Assembly (NCBI GenBank): GCA_041678505.1
Contig: JBAYOB010000001.1
Coordinates: 1,667 to 65,666 of the forward strand
Direction: 5' to 3'
Length of the DNA: 64,000 bases
DNA from: Candidatus Dojkabacteria bacterium
GTDB lineage: Bacteria; Patescibacteriota; Dojkabacteria; SC72
In this document: positions 9,983 to 19,637 of the stretch, in pieces
How the letters are laid out: each line of letters starts with the position of its first letter
How positions within the stretch are numbered: the first letter of the stretch is position 1
Translations under genes and position numbers: made by a program
Notes under the pieces: model-generated
Databases searched by the model: none
What the model was told of the DNA's origin: nothing
Seen by the model: the letters and a program-made list of their open reading frames with translations, nothing else

Positions 9983-10035
9983 AAGGGGAGGCAATATATT
10001 ACACCACCTGGTGTATAGTACAATTGTCTCCCCTT
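9983..10035. terminator. long imperfect hairpin, terminator-like
   Basis: AAGGGGAGGCAAT/ATTGTCTCCCCTT outer stem and TACACC/GGTGTA inner stem; A-runs on both sides. Confidence 0.55.
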
Positions 10036-10105
10036 AAAAACCCTCTAAATAAAAATTTCCATATAAAATAGCAATAATCATAATTACAGTGTAAAATAAG
10101 TGATT

Positions 10106-11554
10106 ATGAGACTATACAGCACACTAGATAAGAAGATAGTAGATATCCAACCTCTTCAAAAAGGACAAATATCCATATATAACTGTGGACCTACAGTATA
10201 TTCAAGGATGCAAATAGGGAATATCAGGGCATATGTAAATTGGGATATATTACATAGAGCACTTGTATATCTAGGATATGACGTTAAAAGGGTGATGAAT
10301 ATTACTGATGTAGGGCATATGACATCAGATGATGATTACGGAAGTGATTTTGGAGAGGATAAGCTAGATATCCAATCACAAAAGGAGGGTGTTCAACCAA
10401 TAGATATAGCAAATAAGTATATTGATACCGTTGTAGAAGACTTTAGAGCATTAAATATACTTACACCAAATGGAGAGTTGTTTCCCAAAGATTTAACATA
10501 CAAAGATGTTCAAAACCATGGATTTACTAGAGCTACTGAATATATAGATGAAATGATAGAAATTATCAAAAAAATAGAGAAGAACGGATATACATACGAG
10601 ACAGAACAAGCACTCTACTTTGATGTTACTAAAATAGAGGACTATAATATATTTACAGGACAATCACTTGAAGAGAAAGAGATAGGGGTAAGAGAAGAAG
10701 TAGAGGTAGATTCTAAGAAAAGACATCCTGCTGATTTTGTACTTTGGATGAAAAAGACAGGAAAATATGCAAATCACCTTATGAATTGGGATTCTCCTTG
10801 GGGAGTAGGGTTTCCAGGTTGGCACATCGAATGTAGTGCTATGGGAGTAGCTTTGTTAGGAGAGAATTTTGATATACATACAGGTGGAGTAGATCACATT
10901 CCAGTACATCATACAAATGAAAGAGCTCAGAATATAGGAGCTTTTGGGCATCCAGTTGTAAATTACTGGATACATAATGAGTGGGTAGTAAACAGAGATG
11001 AAAGTAAAATATCTAAAAGTAAAGGGGCTACACTGTATCTTCCAAATCTAGTAGATATGGGTTTTGACCCTATGGATATTAGATACTATCTCCTTTCTAT
11101 TAACTACAGAACTAGAATTCAGTTCTCGCTTGATGCTTTAAAAGGTGCTAAAAATGCTAGATTAGCTGTTGTGAGAAGGGTGGGTGAGTTAGGTACTAAG
11201 AAAGGTAGTCTAATACCTGAATATATAGATAGATTTAAAGAAGCTTTAAGAGATAATTTAAATATGTCAAAAGCAGTAGCGATATTAAATGAACTCCTTA
11301 AGCTAGATGGCCCTAAGGAGGATATATTGGCTACTGTATTAGATTTAGATAGGGTATTAGGATTAGATTTAGATAGGGCTATTGTAGAAAAAGATAGTGC
11401 CGTAGATAGTGAGGTAGAAAAGTTGCTAAATTTGAGAGAAAAAGCAAAATTGGCAAAGAACTATCAGGCATCTGATAGATTGAGAGATGAAATATTGAAA
11501 TTAGGATATATAGTTAAGGATACTTTACAGGGGCAGAAAGTAGAGAAGGTGTAA
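10106..11554 (+). CDS. cysS: cysteine--tRNA ligase
   Basis: CGPTVY, QIGN (HIGH-like), [17 protein letters not shown]. Confidence 0.96.
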   Translation: MRLYSTLDKKIVDIQPLQKGQISIYNCGPTVYSRMQIGNIRAYVNWDILHRALVYLGYDVKRVMNITDVGHMTSDDDYGSDFGEDKLDIQSQKEGVQPIDIANKYIDTVVEDFRALNILTPNGELFPKDLTYKDVQNHGFTRATEYIDEMIEIIKKIEKNGYTYETEQALYFDVTKIEDYNIFTGQSLEEKEIGVREEVEVDSKKRHPADFVLWMKKTGKYANHLMNWDSPWGVGFPGWHIECSAMGVALLGENFDIHTGGVDHIPVHHTNERAQNIGAFGHPVVNYWIHNEWVVNRDESKISKSKGATLYLPNLVDMGFDPMDIRYYLLSINYRTRIQFSLDALKGAKNARLAVVRRVGELGTKKGSLIPEYIDRFKEALRDNLNMSKAVAILNELLKLDGPKEDILATVLDLDRVLGLDLDRAIVEKDSAVDSEVEKLLNLREKAKLAKNYQASDRLRDEILKLGYIVKDTLQGQKVEKV

Positions 11555-11555
11555 A

Positions 11556-12434
11556 ATGGCTCACAAAACATTATCAATACAATTAAATCAAAGCGAGGTA
11601 GAGAGAGTAAGGGAAGTACTTTTGAGTAATGACTGGTCTGAGGATCCAATCGTTAATGAGTATGTTAATTTAAGGATGAAGAGTAAGAAAGGTTCTGTAT
11701 GTACTCTGTACACTAGTATGAAGGTTGTATTCCAAGGTAATGAGGATTTCTCAAGGATAGTAGAGGATATTAAGAGAAAAGAGGATGTAATACCTAGGTT
11801 AGGAGTAGATGAGGTGGGAAAAGGAGACTATTTTGGACCACTGGTAATCGTAGCCTGTTTTGTTAACAATGAGTTCTTAAAGAAATATAATACGTTAGGA
11901 ATAGGTGATTCCAAAGACTTCTCAGATAGTAAGATAGAAAGGATGTATGAGAGCTTAAAAAGTTACAAGCACTATTACACATCCACCATATACCCTGGGG
12001 AGTATAATGAGTTGTATGGACAATATGGAAATGTAGCTGTGCTTTTAGCAAAGCAACACTCTAAGGTAATTGAGATGGGATTAAAAGATTTAAAACAGAA
12101 AAAGATAGATTGTAAAAGAGTAGTGGTAGATCAATTTTCATCTAAAAAAACTCGTATTACAGATGAATTAGGTCCTTTAGCATTGAGCGAAGAGGTGGAG
12201 TTTGTACAGTTCCATAAAGGAGAATCAGATATTGCCATAGCAAGTGCCTCTATTTTAGCTAGAGGTATCTTTTTGAGAGAGATGGATAAAATGAAGAAAG
12301 AGTATTACTTTGATTTTCCAAAAGGAGCATCTAATGTCATTACCTCTGCTAAAGAGTTTGTTAAGAAATACGGTGTAGACGAGCTAGAAAAGGTTGCAAA
12401 GGTTAGCTTTAAAACAACAAAAAGGGTTATTTAG
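11556..12434 (+). CDS. rnhC: ribonuclease HIII
   Basis: N-terminal TBP-like domain (YTSMKVVFQG), GVDEVGKGDYFGP, DSK, ASASILAR. Confidence 0.92.
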   Translation: MAHKTLSIQLNQSEVERVREVLLSNDWSEDPIVNEYVNLRMKSKKGSVCTLYTSMKVVFQGNEDFSRIVEDIKRKEDVIPRLGVDEVGKGDYFGPLVIVACFVNNEFLKKYNTLGIGDSKDFSDSKIERMYESLKSYKHYYTSTIYPGEYNELYGQYGNVAVLLAKQHSKVIEMGLKDLKQKKIDCKRVVVDQFSSKKTRITDELGPLALSEEVEFVQFHKGESDIAIASASILARGIFLREMDKMKKEYYFDFPKGASNVITSAKEFVKKYGVDELEKVAKVSFKTTKRVI

Positions 12435-13347
12435 ATTTTTTCTTTCTCTTTTTACCTCTGTTCTCTGTAAATGATTTAAGAAGTATTACGGCTAGTAATA
12501 TTGTAGCTCCTACAATTAGAGGTAAAATATAGTTAGGTTTCTGTTCAACCTCAAGTATTATGAAGTTTTCATCAATTCCATTGTAAAATCTTCCAATAGC
12601 TCTTTTGGTAGCAAATAGATCAGAAATATGGATAAATTCAACCTCAAGCTCTTCCTCTGTCATCTCTCCTGGGTACAGTTTTTCTTCTTCGTTATTTATC
12701 TTAATATATACAGGAGGATATTTACTATCTTCGTTAAATACCTGGATTTCCCCCATGGGAGAAAGTACGTAATTTGTAATGTTTTGATACAGATATTTAA
12801 CCTTCATAGGTCTTAGAAAAGGTATTCCTCTTTGTGTAATATCTAGATTAATTTGAGCAAAATCAGTGGATATACCAAAGACAGAATTCTCAGGATCAGC
12901 TATATGTAAGACAACTAAATGAGAAAGAGTATCTATTACACCTATGGGGGTGGATTCAGGTAGAAAGATATCTTCTTCTTGCTGTTGTAGCAAAATTAGA
13001 TTGAAATAGGTGCCAGGTTCCATATTTTGTGGTGGTATTATTTCAAAATCAAATACAGCAGTTTCATCTGATTTAACGGTAAAGATCTCTTTATCTACTC
13101 TTACAAATATTTCGCCACCCTCTTTTATCTCAACTTCTTTAGGGTCAAAAGAGTAGGGGATAGGGGTAATTTTAATGTCTTTCTTACCTTCATTTCTGAA
13201 AGAAAATTGTTCTTTTGTCCGTTCTTGGTTTGATATTAAAATCTCTGTTTTGTAAGGAAAGACCCTATTTGCATATGCTTTAGTACAGAAAGGCTGTATT
13301 AAAAACAGAACAAAAAATATTGTAAAAAAAACTCTCTTGTAATTCAT
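12427..13347 (-). CDS. secreted PapD/DUF916-like Ig-fold protein with C-terminal TM anchor
   Basis: Signal peptide, PPQNMEPGTY, N..NY..SP.GEI second domain, TM plus basic tail; paralog of the next gene. Confidence 0.6.
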   Translation of the reverse strand: MNYKRVFFTIFFVLFLIQPFCTKAYANRVFPYKTEILISNQERTKEQFSFRNEGKKDIKITPIPYSFDPKEVEIKEGGEIFVRVDKEIFTVKSDETAVFDFEIIPPQNMEPGTYFNLILLQQQEEDIFLPESTPIGVIDTLSHLVVLHIADPENSVFGISTDFAQINLDITQRGIPFLRPMKVKYLYQNITNYVLSPMGEIQVFNEDSKYPPVYIKINNEEEKLYPGEMTEEELEVEFIHISDLFATKRAIGRFYNGIDENFIILEVEQKPNYILPLIVGATILLAVILLKSFTENRGKKRKKKSK

Positions 13348-13356
13348 TCGTGTAGA

Positions 13357-14367
13357 TTATTTAGGTAAGTATTCTTTTCTCTCCTCTTTCTTTCTCTTTC
13401 TTCTGTTAACCCATATGATGATGATAACAGTGATAACAAGTATTGCTATCAAGATATATTTCCAAGGTAACACCCAGAAAGAGGTTTCTGCTGTTAGAGG
13501 AGCAAAACCTGGTTGAGAAGCACGATAGGTTAACATTAAATCTGCTTTTATCGGACCTAGAATAAGTTTACGATCGGTAGTTAAGAAAGAACCGTAGTCC
13601 CAATCTGTCTCATATATACCCGTATTTTCTCTTAAGATACTCTGTCTAGCTGCATTAAATGTAATTGTTCCTACCTGTTGATTAAATATATTTGTTAGTA
13701 AGATATCTCCCATTGGAGTGATATGGGTATCTCCAATATTATTTAATTTTGTCTCAAACTTGATATTAGGAAATTCATAAAAGTTTCTATCTGTTTCAAA
13801 GCTTATTAATTCAGCTCTCTCTACAAATTCATCTCCTATTTTAATTAAGATAGGAGTTCCAGAGCCAAGTACAGTGAATGCTGCAGTACCAATGTTTTCA
13901 TATTCTGTTTCAGAGAGGAAAGCAATAATTACATAGTACTCTCCTTTGGTAGCACCTAAAGGAACATCTATACTGTAGAATATTTTTTCGTTTTTGTTTG
14001 GAACTAAGTCTATCTCTTCTCTACTAACTGTAACCCAGGAGGAAGCAGAGTAGAGTGTTCTTTCTTCTTCAGATTCTGTAAGCATAATGGCAGTACCAGG
14101 TTGGTTTTGTACTTGTCTAAAGCCTCTAATAACAACGTGATATTTAGTAGATTTCTCAGACAGATTCCATATTACTATCTCTCCTTCATGTCTATCTCCT
14201 GGCTGTAATTGTAATTTCTCTGATGCAGGTGCTCTTCCAATGGTGAGTGGATACTGTGCAAAGAGAAGAGTTTTAAAAAAAGACAGAAAAAGGACTACTG
14301 TCAGTAGTGATACAAGGGTTGTTTTTTTACTTAACCATGGGACAGGGTGTAGTTTTTCTTTTTTCAT
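13357..14367 (-). CDS. DUF916/DUF3324-like (WxL-interacting-like) membrane-anchored protein
   Basis: Signal peptide, SWV..VPLGATKGEYY, NIGDTHITPMG, FWVLPW-TM-KRKK tail. Confidence 0.65.
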   Translation of the reverse strand: MKKEKLHPVPWLSKKTTLVSLLTVVLFLSFFKTLLFAQYPLTIGRAPASEKLQLQPGDRHEGEIVIWNLSEKSTKYHVVIRGFRQVQNQPGTAIMLTESEEERTLYSASSWVTVSREEIDLVPNKNEKIFYSIDVPLGATKGEYYVIIAFLSETEYENIGTAAFTVLGSGTPILIKIGDEFVERAELISFETDRNFYEFPNIKFETKLNNIGDTHITPMGDILLTNIFNQQVGTITFNAARQSILRENTGIYETDWDYGSFLTTDRKLILGPIKADLMLTYRASQPGFAPLTAETSFWVLPWKYILIAILVITVIIIIWVNRRKRKKEERKEYLPK

Positions 14368-14369
14368 AA

Positions 14370-15530
14370 TTAATAATAGCCACCACAAACAAATGTAACA
14401 GTTTCTTCATATTGTCCTGGGACGGCAGAAGCCCCAGCTCTAGCTCCGTATGTAATGGTAGAGGTTGATAGGGCAGATTGGTCTGACTCTTTGTAAAGCA
14501 AGAGTTGCGCACCAGTAAGACCACTAACACCTAAGGTACCAAATTGTCCAACAGTTCCAGCAGCAAATTTACTTACAACAGTTCCCGAACCTCCTGGAGT
14601 TGGAGAAGATGCAGTTAGACCAAAACCTTCCACACCGAAACCCGTTAACGCTATAGTATTACCTCCAGGATTTGAAGTTATTAGATAGTCATTTGTCCCT
14701 GGAGTGTCATCATGGAAGAGACCGGAATCTGATCCATTGCCTTGACCATATACAACCCAGTAGTAACCCTCAGTATTGGCCGTTTGTATTGTTATATTAT
14801 GATTTCCTGTAACATAGGGTCCTGTTGGATACATTGTACCTAGGTCTACAGTATTGTTACTGATAGCACAGGTAACAGATGGGATTTCTTCAACTTCTGC
14901 AGTTATGGTAACCTGGTCTTCTTCTAGAAGTTTAAATCTAAATATACCAAAATCTAAATTATTACCCTGTTCTAATTCAACGAGGATAGGAGAGTAATCA
15001 GAGGTTTCATTTCCTGTCCCCAGTCTTCCCTCACCACTTTTGTTAGATAACTTAACACCATAACTAGTAGCTGTTTGTAATGCAGTAATACCAGTAATCA
15101 CAATCTTATCAGGATCATTAGGAGTAGAACTACCTTGAGAACAGCTAGCTGAAAGTGTGCCTGGTAGAGCTGTAGTTATGGACCAATCAGAACCTGCACC
15201 TGGAGCATCCGCTGCTGAAGAAGTTACACCTGCTGCAGTTAAACCACCTGCATTTCTACACCATTCCCCATTCTGATCATCGGGGAAATATATAGTTATA
15301 GTACCACCAGTAGCGAAAGCTTGGTTAGTACGAAATTCAAGTACAAATTCTACTTCATTTCCTGCAGTACCGTCTAAATCTGCTTCCATCCTACTTGTGT
15401 AGAAGTACAGAGCTTGAAATCTCCCACGAGCAGCAAAACTTTTAAAAGAAGGCAAGAGAAAAGATACTGTCAGTATACTCAAAACAAAGACAAGAACAGA
15501 GATAAATAACCTCTTTTTATTATTTTCCAT
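14370..15530 (-). CDS. secreted Gly/Thr-rich WxL/Csu-pilin-like protein
   Basis: Signal peptide; EGFGL; terminal PGQYEETVTFVCGGYY. Confidence 0.55.
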   Translation of the reverse strand: MENNKKRLFISVLVFVLSILTVSFLLPSFKSFAARGRFQALYFYTSRMEADLDGTAGNEVEFVLEFRTNQAFATGGTITIYFPDDQNGEWCRNAGGLTAAGVTSSAADAPGAGSDWSITTALPGTLSASCSQGSSTPNDPDKIVITGITALQTATSYGVKLSNKSGEGRLGTGNETSDYSPILVELEQGNNLDFGIFRFKLLEEDQVTITAEVEEIPSVTCAISNNTVDLGTMYPTGPYVTGNHNITIQTANTEGYYWVVYGQGNGSDSGLFHDDTPGTNDYLITSNPGGNTIALTGFGVEGFGLTASSPTPGGSGTVVSKFAAGTVGQFGTLGVSGLTGAQLLLYKESDQSALSTSTITYGARAGASAVPGQYEETVTFVCGGYY

Positions 15531-15596
15531 AACGAAAAGGCAGCATCTTTCAATTTAGTTGGTTAAAATGTACATGTAATATAATTTTTTGTCAAG

Positions 15597-16802
15597 CTAA
15601 TATCTGCCTACAGCAACCATAGTTATTTTCTCACCGTAATCATCTGCAGCACTCCTACTAACCCCTGCTCTTGCTTTCACATACATTCCCATTCGCCCAT
15701 TATTTATTGGTCCATCTGCATCATACATTCTAATTGCATTAGTTGATACTTTACCAACAGTATTACCACTTCCTGTGTAGCTTGTACTAGCTGTTATTTC
15801 TCCTAGGTATGAAGATATTTGATAATTAATATAATAATTTTGAAGACCAAATCCTTCTGTACCGAAAGAATCTAAATCTTTATCATCTGATTCTATTAAT
15901 TCAGTAGTTGTTGGACTGTATAATCCTCCATTTTCACCTGAGTGTATTATTGCAGCCCCTCCTGTTGCAGATGATATTAAGTCTAGCCATATTAAGCTAG
16001 GAGCAGTAACTGCGGGTGCAGATGGAAGGAGAGAGTGGTCTCCAATGAAGGAGATAATATATGGAGGCTGACTCTCTGCACTGTATCCCGTATCTGATGC
16101 AATATCTATATCAAAGAACAGAAACCCTATACCGGTCCTTGCAGAAGACACTATACTAAAATCTGATTGTGTAAAATCTCCATGAAGTGCAGTTATACGT
16201 AGGAAATACTCTGTATCAGAGTTTAAGTTTTTAATATTAAAGTCTTCATCTTCCCAGTATTGTTGCGTTCTAAAATCATTAATATCACAACTACTCAATA
16301 TTTTAGGTCTGAATGTAGAGCCATCTATACATCTAACATCAGAAATGAAATCATCTTCAGATATTTGAATCATGTAGAGAGTGTCAAAAGGGTTCTGTTG
16401 TTCTTCTATCTCAAATCTAGCCTTGTCATAGCATCCTCCAGGACCACATATCGCTACCATACCACCTCCTGTTAATTCTTGAGGTCCAGACACACAATCA
16501 GTAGTACCATCAGTATCAGTCTCAAAACATCTGATACCAGGCTGTGCTGCTCTAAATCTAGCTGATGGATCCTGATCTAATCTGTAATTAGCAGAATATA
16601 CTCTAGGATCTGCAGATATTCTCCCAATTGTAGATAGTATGGAGTATTCAGAAGATTCCAATATACCACCACCGCCTCCAGTAGAAACACCAATCATCTT
16701 AAAGTTAGGAGACTCTAATTCGTTACTTAGCACTACACCTGTAGATACCAAGAGTAGGGAGAGCATAAATATGGATACTTTTAATATGTTGGCAGTTTTC
16801 AT
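15597..16802 (-). CDS. secreted FN3-containing WxL/Csu-pilin-like protein
   Basis: Signal peptide; NLNSDTEYFLRITA (FN3-like); EGFGL; terminal ADDYGEKITMVAVGRY. Confidence 0.55.
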   Translation of the reverse strand: MKTANILKVSIFMLSLLLVSTGVVLSNELESPNFKMIGVSTGGGGGILESSEYSILSTIGRISADPRVYSANYRLDQDPSARFRAAQPGIRCFETDTDGTTDCVSGPQELTGGGMVAICGPGGCYDKARFEIEEQQNPFDTLYMIQISEDDFISDVRCIDGSTFRPKILSSCDINDFRTQQYWEDEDFNIKNLNSDTEYFLRITALHGDFTQSDFSIVSSARTGIGFLFFDIDIASDTGYSAESQPPYIISFIGDHSLLPSAPAVTAPSLIWLDLISSATGGAAIIHSGENGGLYSPTTTELIESDDKDLDSFGTEGFGLQNYYINYQISSYLGEITASTSYTGSGNTVGKVSTNAIRMYDADGPINNGRMGMYVKARAGVSRSAADDYGEKITMVAVGRY

Positions 16803-16864
16803 ATGTGCAATGATATTGTAAATTATATTAGTTAGTCAAATTTTGATATAATTCTACTGCTTTT

Positions 16865-16951
16865 GGAGAGGTGCCAGAGCGGTCGAATGGGACGGTCTTG
16901 AAAACCGTTGTACAGGTTCCTGTACCGAGGGTTCGAATCCCTCCCTCTCCG
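16865..16951 (+). tRNA. tRNA-Ser(TGA)
   Basis: GGAGAGG/CCTCTCC acceptor stem, ACGGT-CTTGAAA-ACCGT anticodon arm, long variable arm, GTTCGAATC; CCA not encoded. Confidence 0.95.
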
Positions 16952-16985
16952 TAGTATTAATCTATATAAATTAAAAGTTCTTTTT

Positions 16986-17894
16986 ATGGATAAGAAAATA
17001 TCTCTTTTAGTGTTAGCAGCAGGTATGGGTAGTAGGTATGGAGGGTTAAAACAGATGGAAGGTTTCGGTCCGAATGAGGAGACAATAATAGATTACTCTA
17101 TATATGATGCTATAAAAGCGGGTATTGAAAAGTTTGTCTTCATAATAAGAGAGGAGATGGAGGATGATTTTAAGGAGCTGTTTGTGAAGAAGTATGAGAA
17201 GAGAATCGATATACAGTATATTTTCCAAAGTTTAGATATGGTTCCTGATTGGTACAAGGTAAATCCTGAAAGAGTTAAACCTTTAGGTACAGGACATGCT
17301 CTGTTAGTGGCAAAAGATATAATTAAAGAACCTTTCCTAGTAATTAATGGAGATGATTTCTATGGTAATCACTCTTTTAAAGTATCAGCTGATTTCCTAA
17401 AAAAGGAGTGCACAGAGGAATTGTATGCAATTACTACATACAGGTTAGAAAATGTATTAAGTGAACACGGTACTGTAAAGAGAGGAATATGTAAGGCAGA
17501 GGATAACTATTTAAAAGAGATAGATGAAACTTTTGAAATAGCCAGAGAGAAAGATGGAAAGATTACTGGAAAAAGTTGGAATGGAGATAGGGTGAGGTTG
17601 AGAGATAATGATTTGGTTTCAATGAATATGTTCTGTTTACATCATACTATTTTTGATTCTCTGGAAAGGAGATTTGAGGCTTTCCTAAAGGATAATGAAG
17701 ATGAGTTAGAAGGAGAGTTTCTGCTTTCAATGATACTAAGTAATATGATTAATGATGGTGAGGTTAAATTTAAAGTACTTGAGGCTTTAGATGAATGGTT
17801 TGGTGTTACATATCCAGAGGATGGTCCAGTAGTAAGAGAGAAGATAAAGGATTTAGTTGAAAAATCGGTGTATCCATCTAATCTAGAAATTTAG
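16986..17894 (+). CDS. sugar-phosphate nucleotidyltransferase
   Basis: LAAGMGSRYGGLKQ, PLGTGHA, INGDDFYG; start moved downstream of the tRNA. Confidence 0.88.
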   Translation: MDKKISLLVLAAGMGSRYGGLKQMEGFGPNEETIIDYSIYDAIKAGIEKFVFIIREEMEDDFKELFVKKYEKRIDIQYIFQSLDMVPDWYKVNPERVKPLGTGHALLVAKDIIKEPFLVINGDDFYGNHSFKVSADFLKKECTEELYAITTYRLENVLSEHGTVKRGICKAEDNYLKEIDETFEIAREKDGKITGKSWNGDRVRLRDNDLVSMNMFCLHHTIFDSLERRFEAFLKDNEDELEGEFLLSMILSNMINDGEVKFKVLEALDEWFGVTYPEDGPVVREKIKDLVEKSVYPSNLEI

Positions 17895-17939
17895 ATGTTA
17901 CTTGTAAAGCATAAGATAGCAGTATAGAATGTGTTGATT

Positions 17940-19571
17940 ATGAAAAAAATAAAGAAAAAAGATAGTTTTGACAGTAAAAACCCTTACAAGCCAAAAGACA
18001 GAGAGGGTGGGTTTCCTTCTGATATGCCGTATTTCCAAAGAAGGTTCTTTGAAACCTTACCGGGTATATTTACTTGGACACTACTTCTCTTACCTGTAAT
18101 ATTTGCACTGTTAAGGTGGAATATTGCTTTGGTAATATACATATCATTCTTGGTCGCATATTGGCTCTTTAGAACAATCAAGTTTGTTGTAGGGATATAT
18201 TTTGGTGTTAAAAGAATGGAGAAAGAGAAGAAAATAGATTGGGTAGGAGAGATAGAAAAATTAAATTCAGATAAGTTAGCAGATTTAAGATATATCTATC
18301 TTTGTCCTGTGTATGGAGAAAGTATGGATATCTTAGATCCATCTTTTAAAGCTTGGTCAAAGAGTGACATTGGTCCAGAAAAGATTGATGTTGTTATGGC
18401 TATTGAAGAAGCAAAAAAGGATTTACAGGTGAAGAATTTTAATGTGTTAAAGAAGAAATATGGGAGTAAGTTTGGTAGTATGAGATACTATGTCCATCCA
18501 TCAGGAATACCAGGAGAAATAGTTGGTGTTAAGGGAGCAAATATTAACTATGCTGCAAGGGAGTTGGTAAAGGATTTGGAAAAAGAAGGTAAAGATATAT
18601 CTAACTATTTAGTTGCAACATGTGATTCAGATTTAAGGCCCCATCCCAAGTATCTTTCTGCTATTACATACAGGTATTTGACGGCTGAGGAGCCTTTAAA
18701 CACCTTTTATGCATCTGCTGTACACTCATTTAACAATAATATTTGGAATGTACCTCCAATAATTAGGACTCAATCCAATATGTTGACTTTGGTAGTCCTT
18801 CATTTCTGGGCTATTGATAAGACAATCAAAATACCATTTACAGGAGAAACAGTGTACAGGAAAGATACTTTCTCTTCATATGTTGTAAATCTGAAAACTT
18901 TGAAAGAAATAGAGTTTTGGGATCCAGAGATCCCCAATGACGATACAGCTTTTTACTGGAATTCTGCATTAAGAAGTAAAGGGAAATTTAAGAGTCAGGA
19001 AGTATATATTCCAACATATAATGACGCTGTAGAAAACAAGACCTTTATAAAATCACACATATCTTTTTACAAACAGCAGTACAGATGGGGTTGGGGTATT
19101 ATTAACTTCCCAATATCACTTGCAGTTCTCTCCCATGATAAAGAGAATTTCCCTGTTCACAGGAAAATACTTCTTGCAAAAATGATGGTAGAGTACCTAT
19201 GGTTCCTAACCGTTGTCTTTGTTCTTACCTTTGGTCTTAATATAATGGGATGGTTAAATCCTACATATCAATACACAGTATTTTCATATAATCTCCCTCG
19301 AATCCTTAGCTATATTTTTTCCTTAATAATGCTTTCTAATGTTGGAATAGTGATATCTAGAAGGAAAATAACTCCTGTCCCAAAAGATTGGAAGTGGTGG
19401 AGGCATGTATTAGATTTCTTCGAGACATTTTTAATAGCACTAAATATGATTACATTCTCATTTATTCCATATATGCAAGCTATTACTGAGATGATGTTGG
19501 GAAGAAGTAAGTTCAGGCGTAATTTTTATGTTACAGAGAAGGTTAGGATAGAGAAAGAGGAGAACAAGTAA
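17940..19571 (+). CDS. membrane-bound processive-type glycosyltransferase family 2
   Basis: KGAN, DSD, NDD, QQYRWGWG (QxxRW) motifs with flanking TM helices. Confidence 0.85.
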   Translation: MKKIKKKDSFDSKNPYKPKDREGGFPSDMPYFQRRFFETLPGIFTWTLLLLPVIFALLRWNIALVIYISFLVAYWLFRTIKFVVGIYFGVKRMEKEKKIDWVGEIEKLNSDKLADLRYIYLCPVYGESMDILDPSFKAWSKSDIGPEKIDVVMAIEEAKKDLQVKNFNVLKKKYGSKFGSMRYYVHPSGIPGEIVGVKGANINYAARELVKDLEKEGKDISNYLVATCDSDLRPHPKYLSAITYRYLTAEEPLNTFYASAVHSFNNNIWNVPPIIRTQSNMLTLVVLHFWAIDKTIKIPFTGETVYRKDTFSSYVVNLKTLKEIEFWDPEIPNDDTAFYWNSALRSKGKFKSQEVYIPTYNDAVENKTFIKSHISFYKQQYRWGWGIINFPISLAVLSHDKENFPVHRKILLAKMMVEYLWFLTVVFVLTFGLNIMGWLNPTYQYTVFSYNLPRILSYIFSLIMLSNVGIVISRRKITPVPKDWKWWRHVLDFFETFLIALNMITFSFIPYMQAITEMMLGRSKFRRNFYVTEKVRIEKEENK

Positions 19572-19637
19572 AATTAATCTAGATTTAATAATTACTTAGT
19601 AGAATATCAATATATAATTTTAGTTGGTATTCTTACT

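Noticed and set aside
9983-10035. Canonical integron attC site
   Set aside because: Lacks RYYYAAC/GTTRRRY ends and is not part of an array
16908-16985. N-terminal extension of the nucleotidyltransferase in the ORF track
   Set aside because: Overlaps tRNA-Ser; the family motif starts right after ATG 16986
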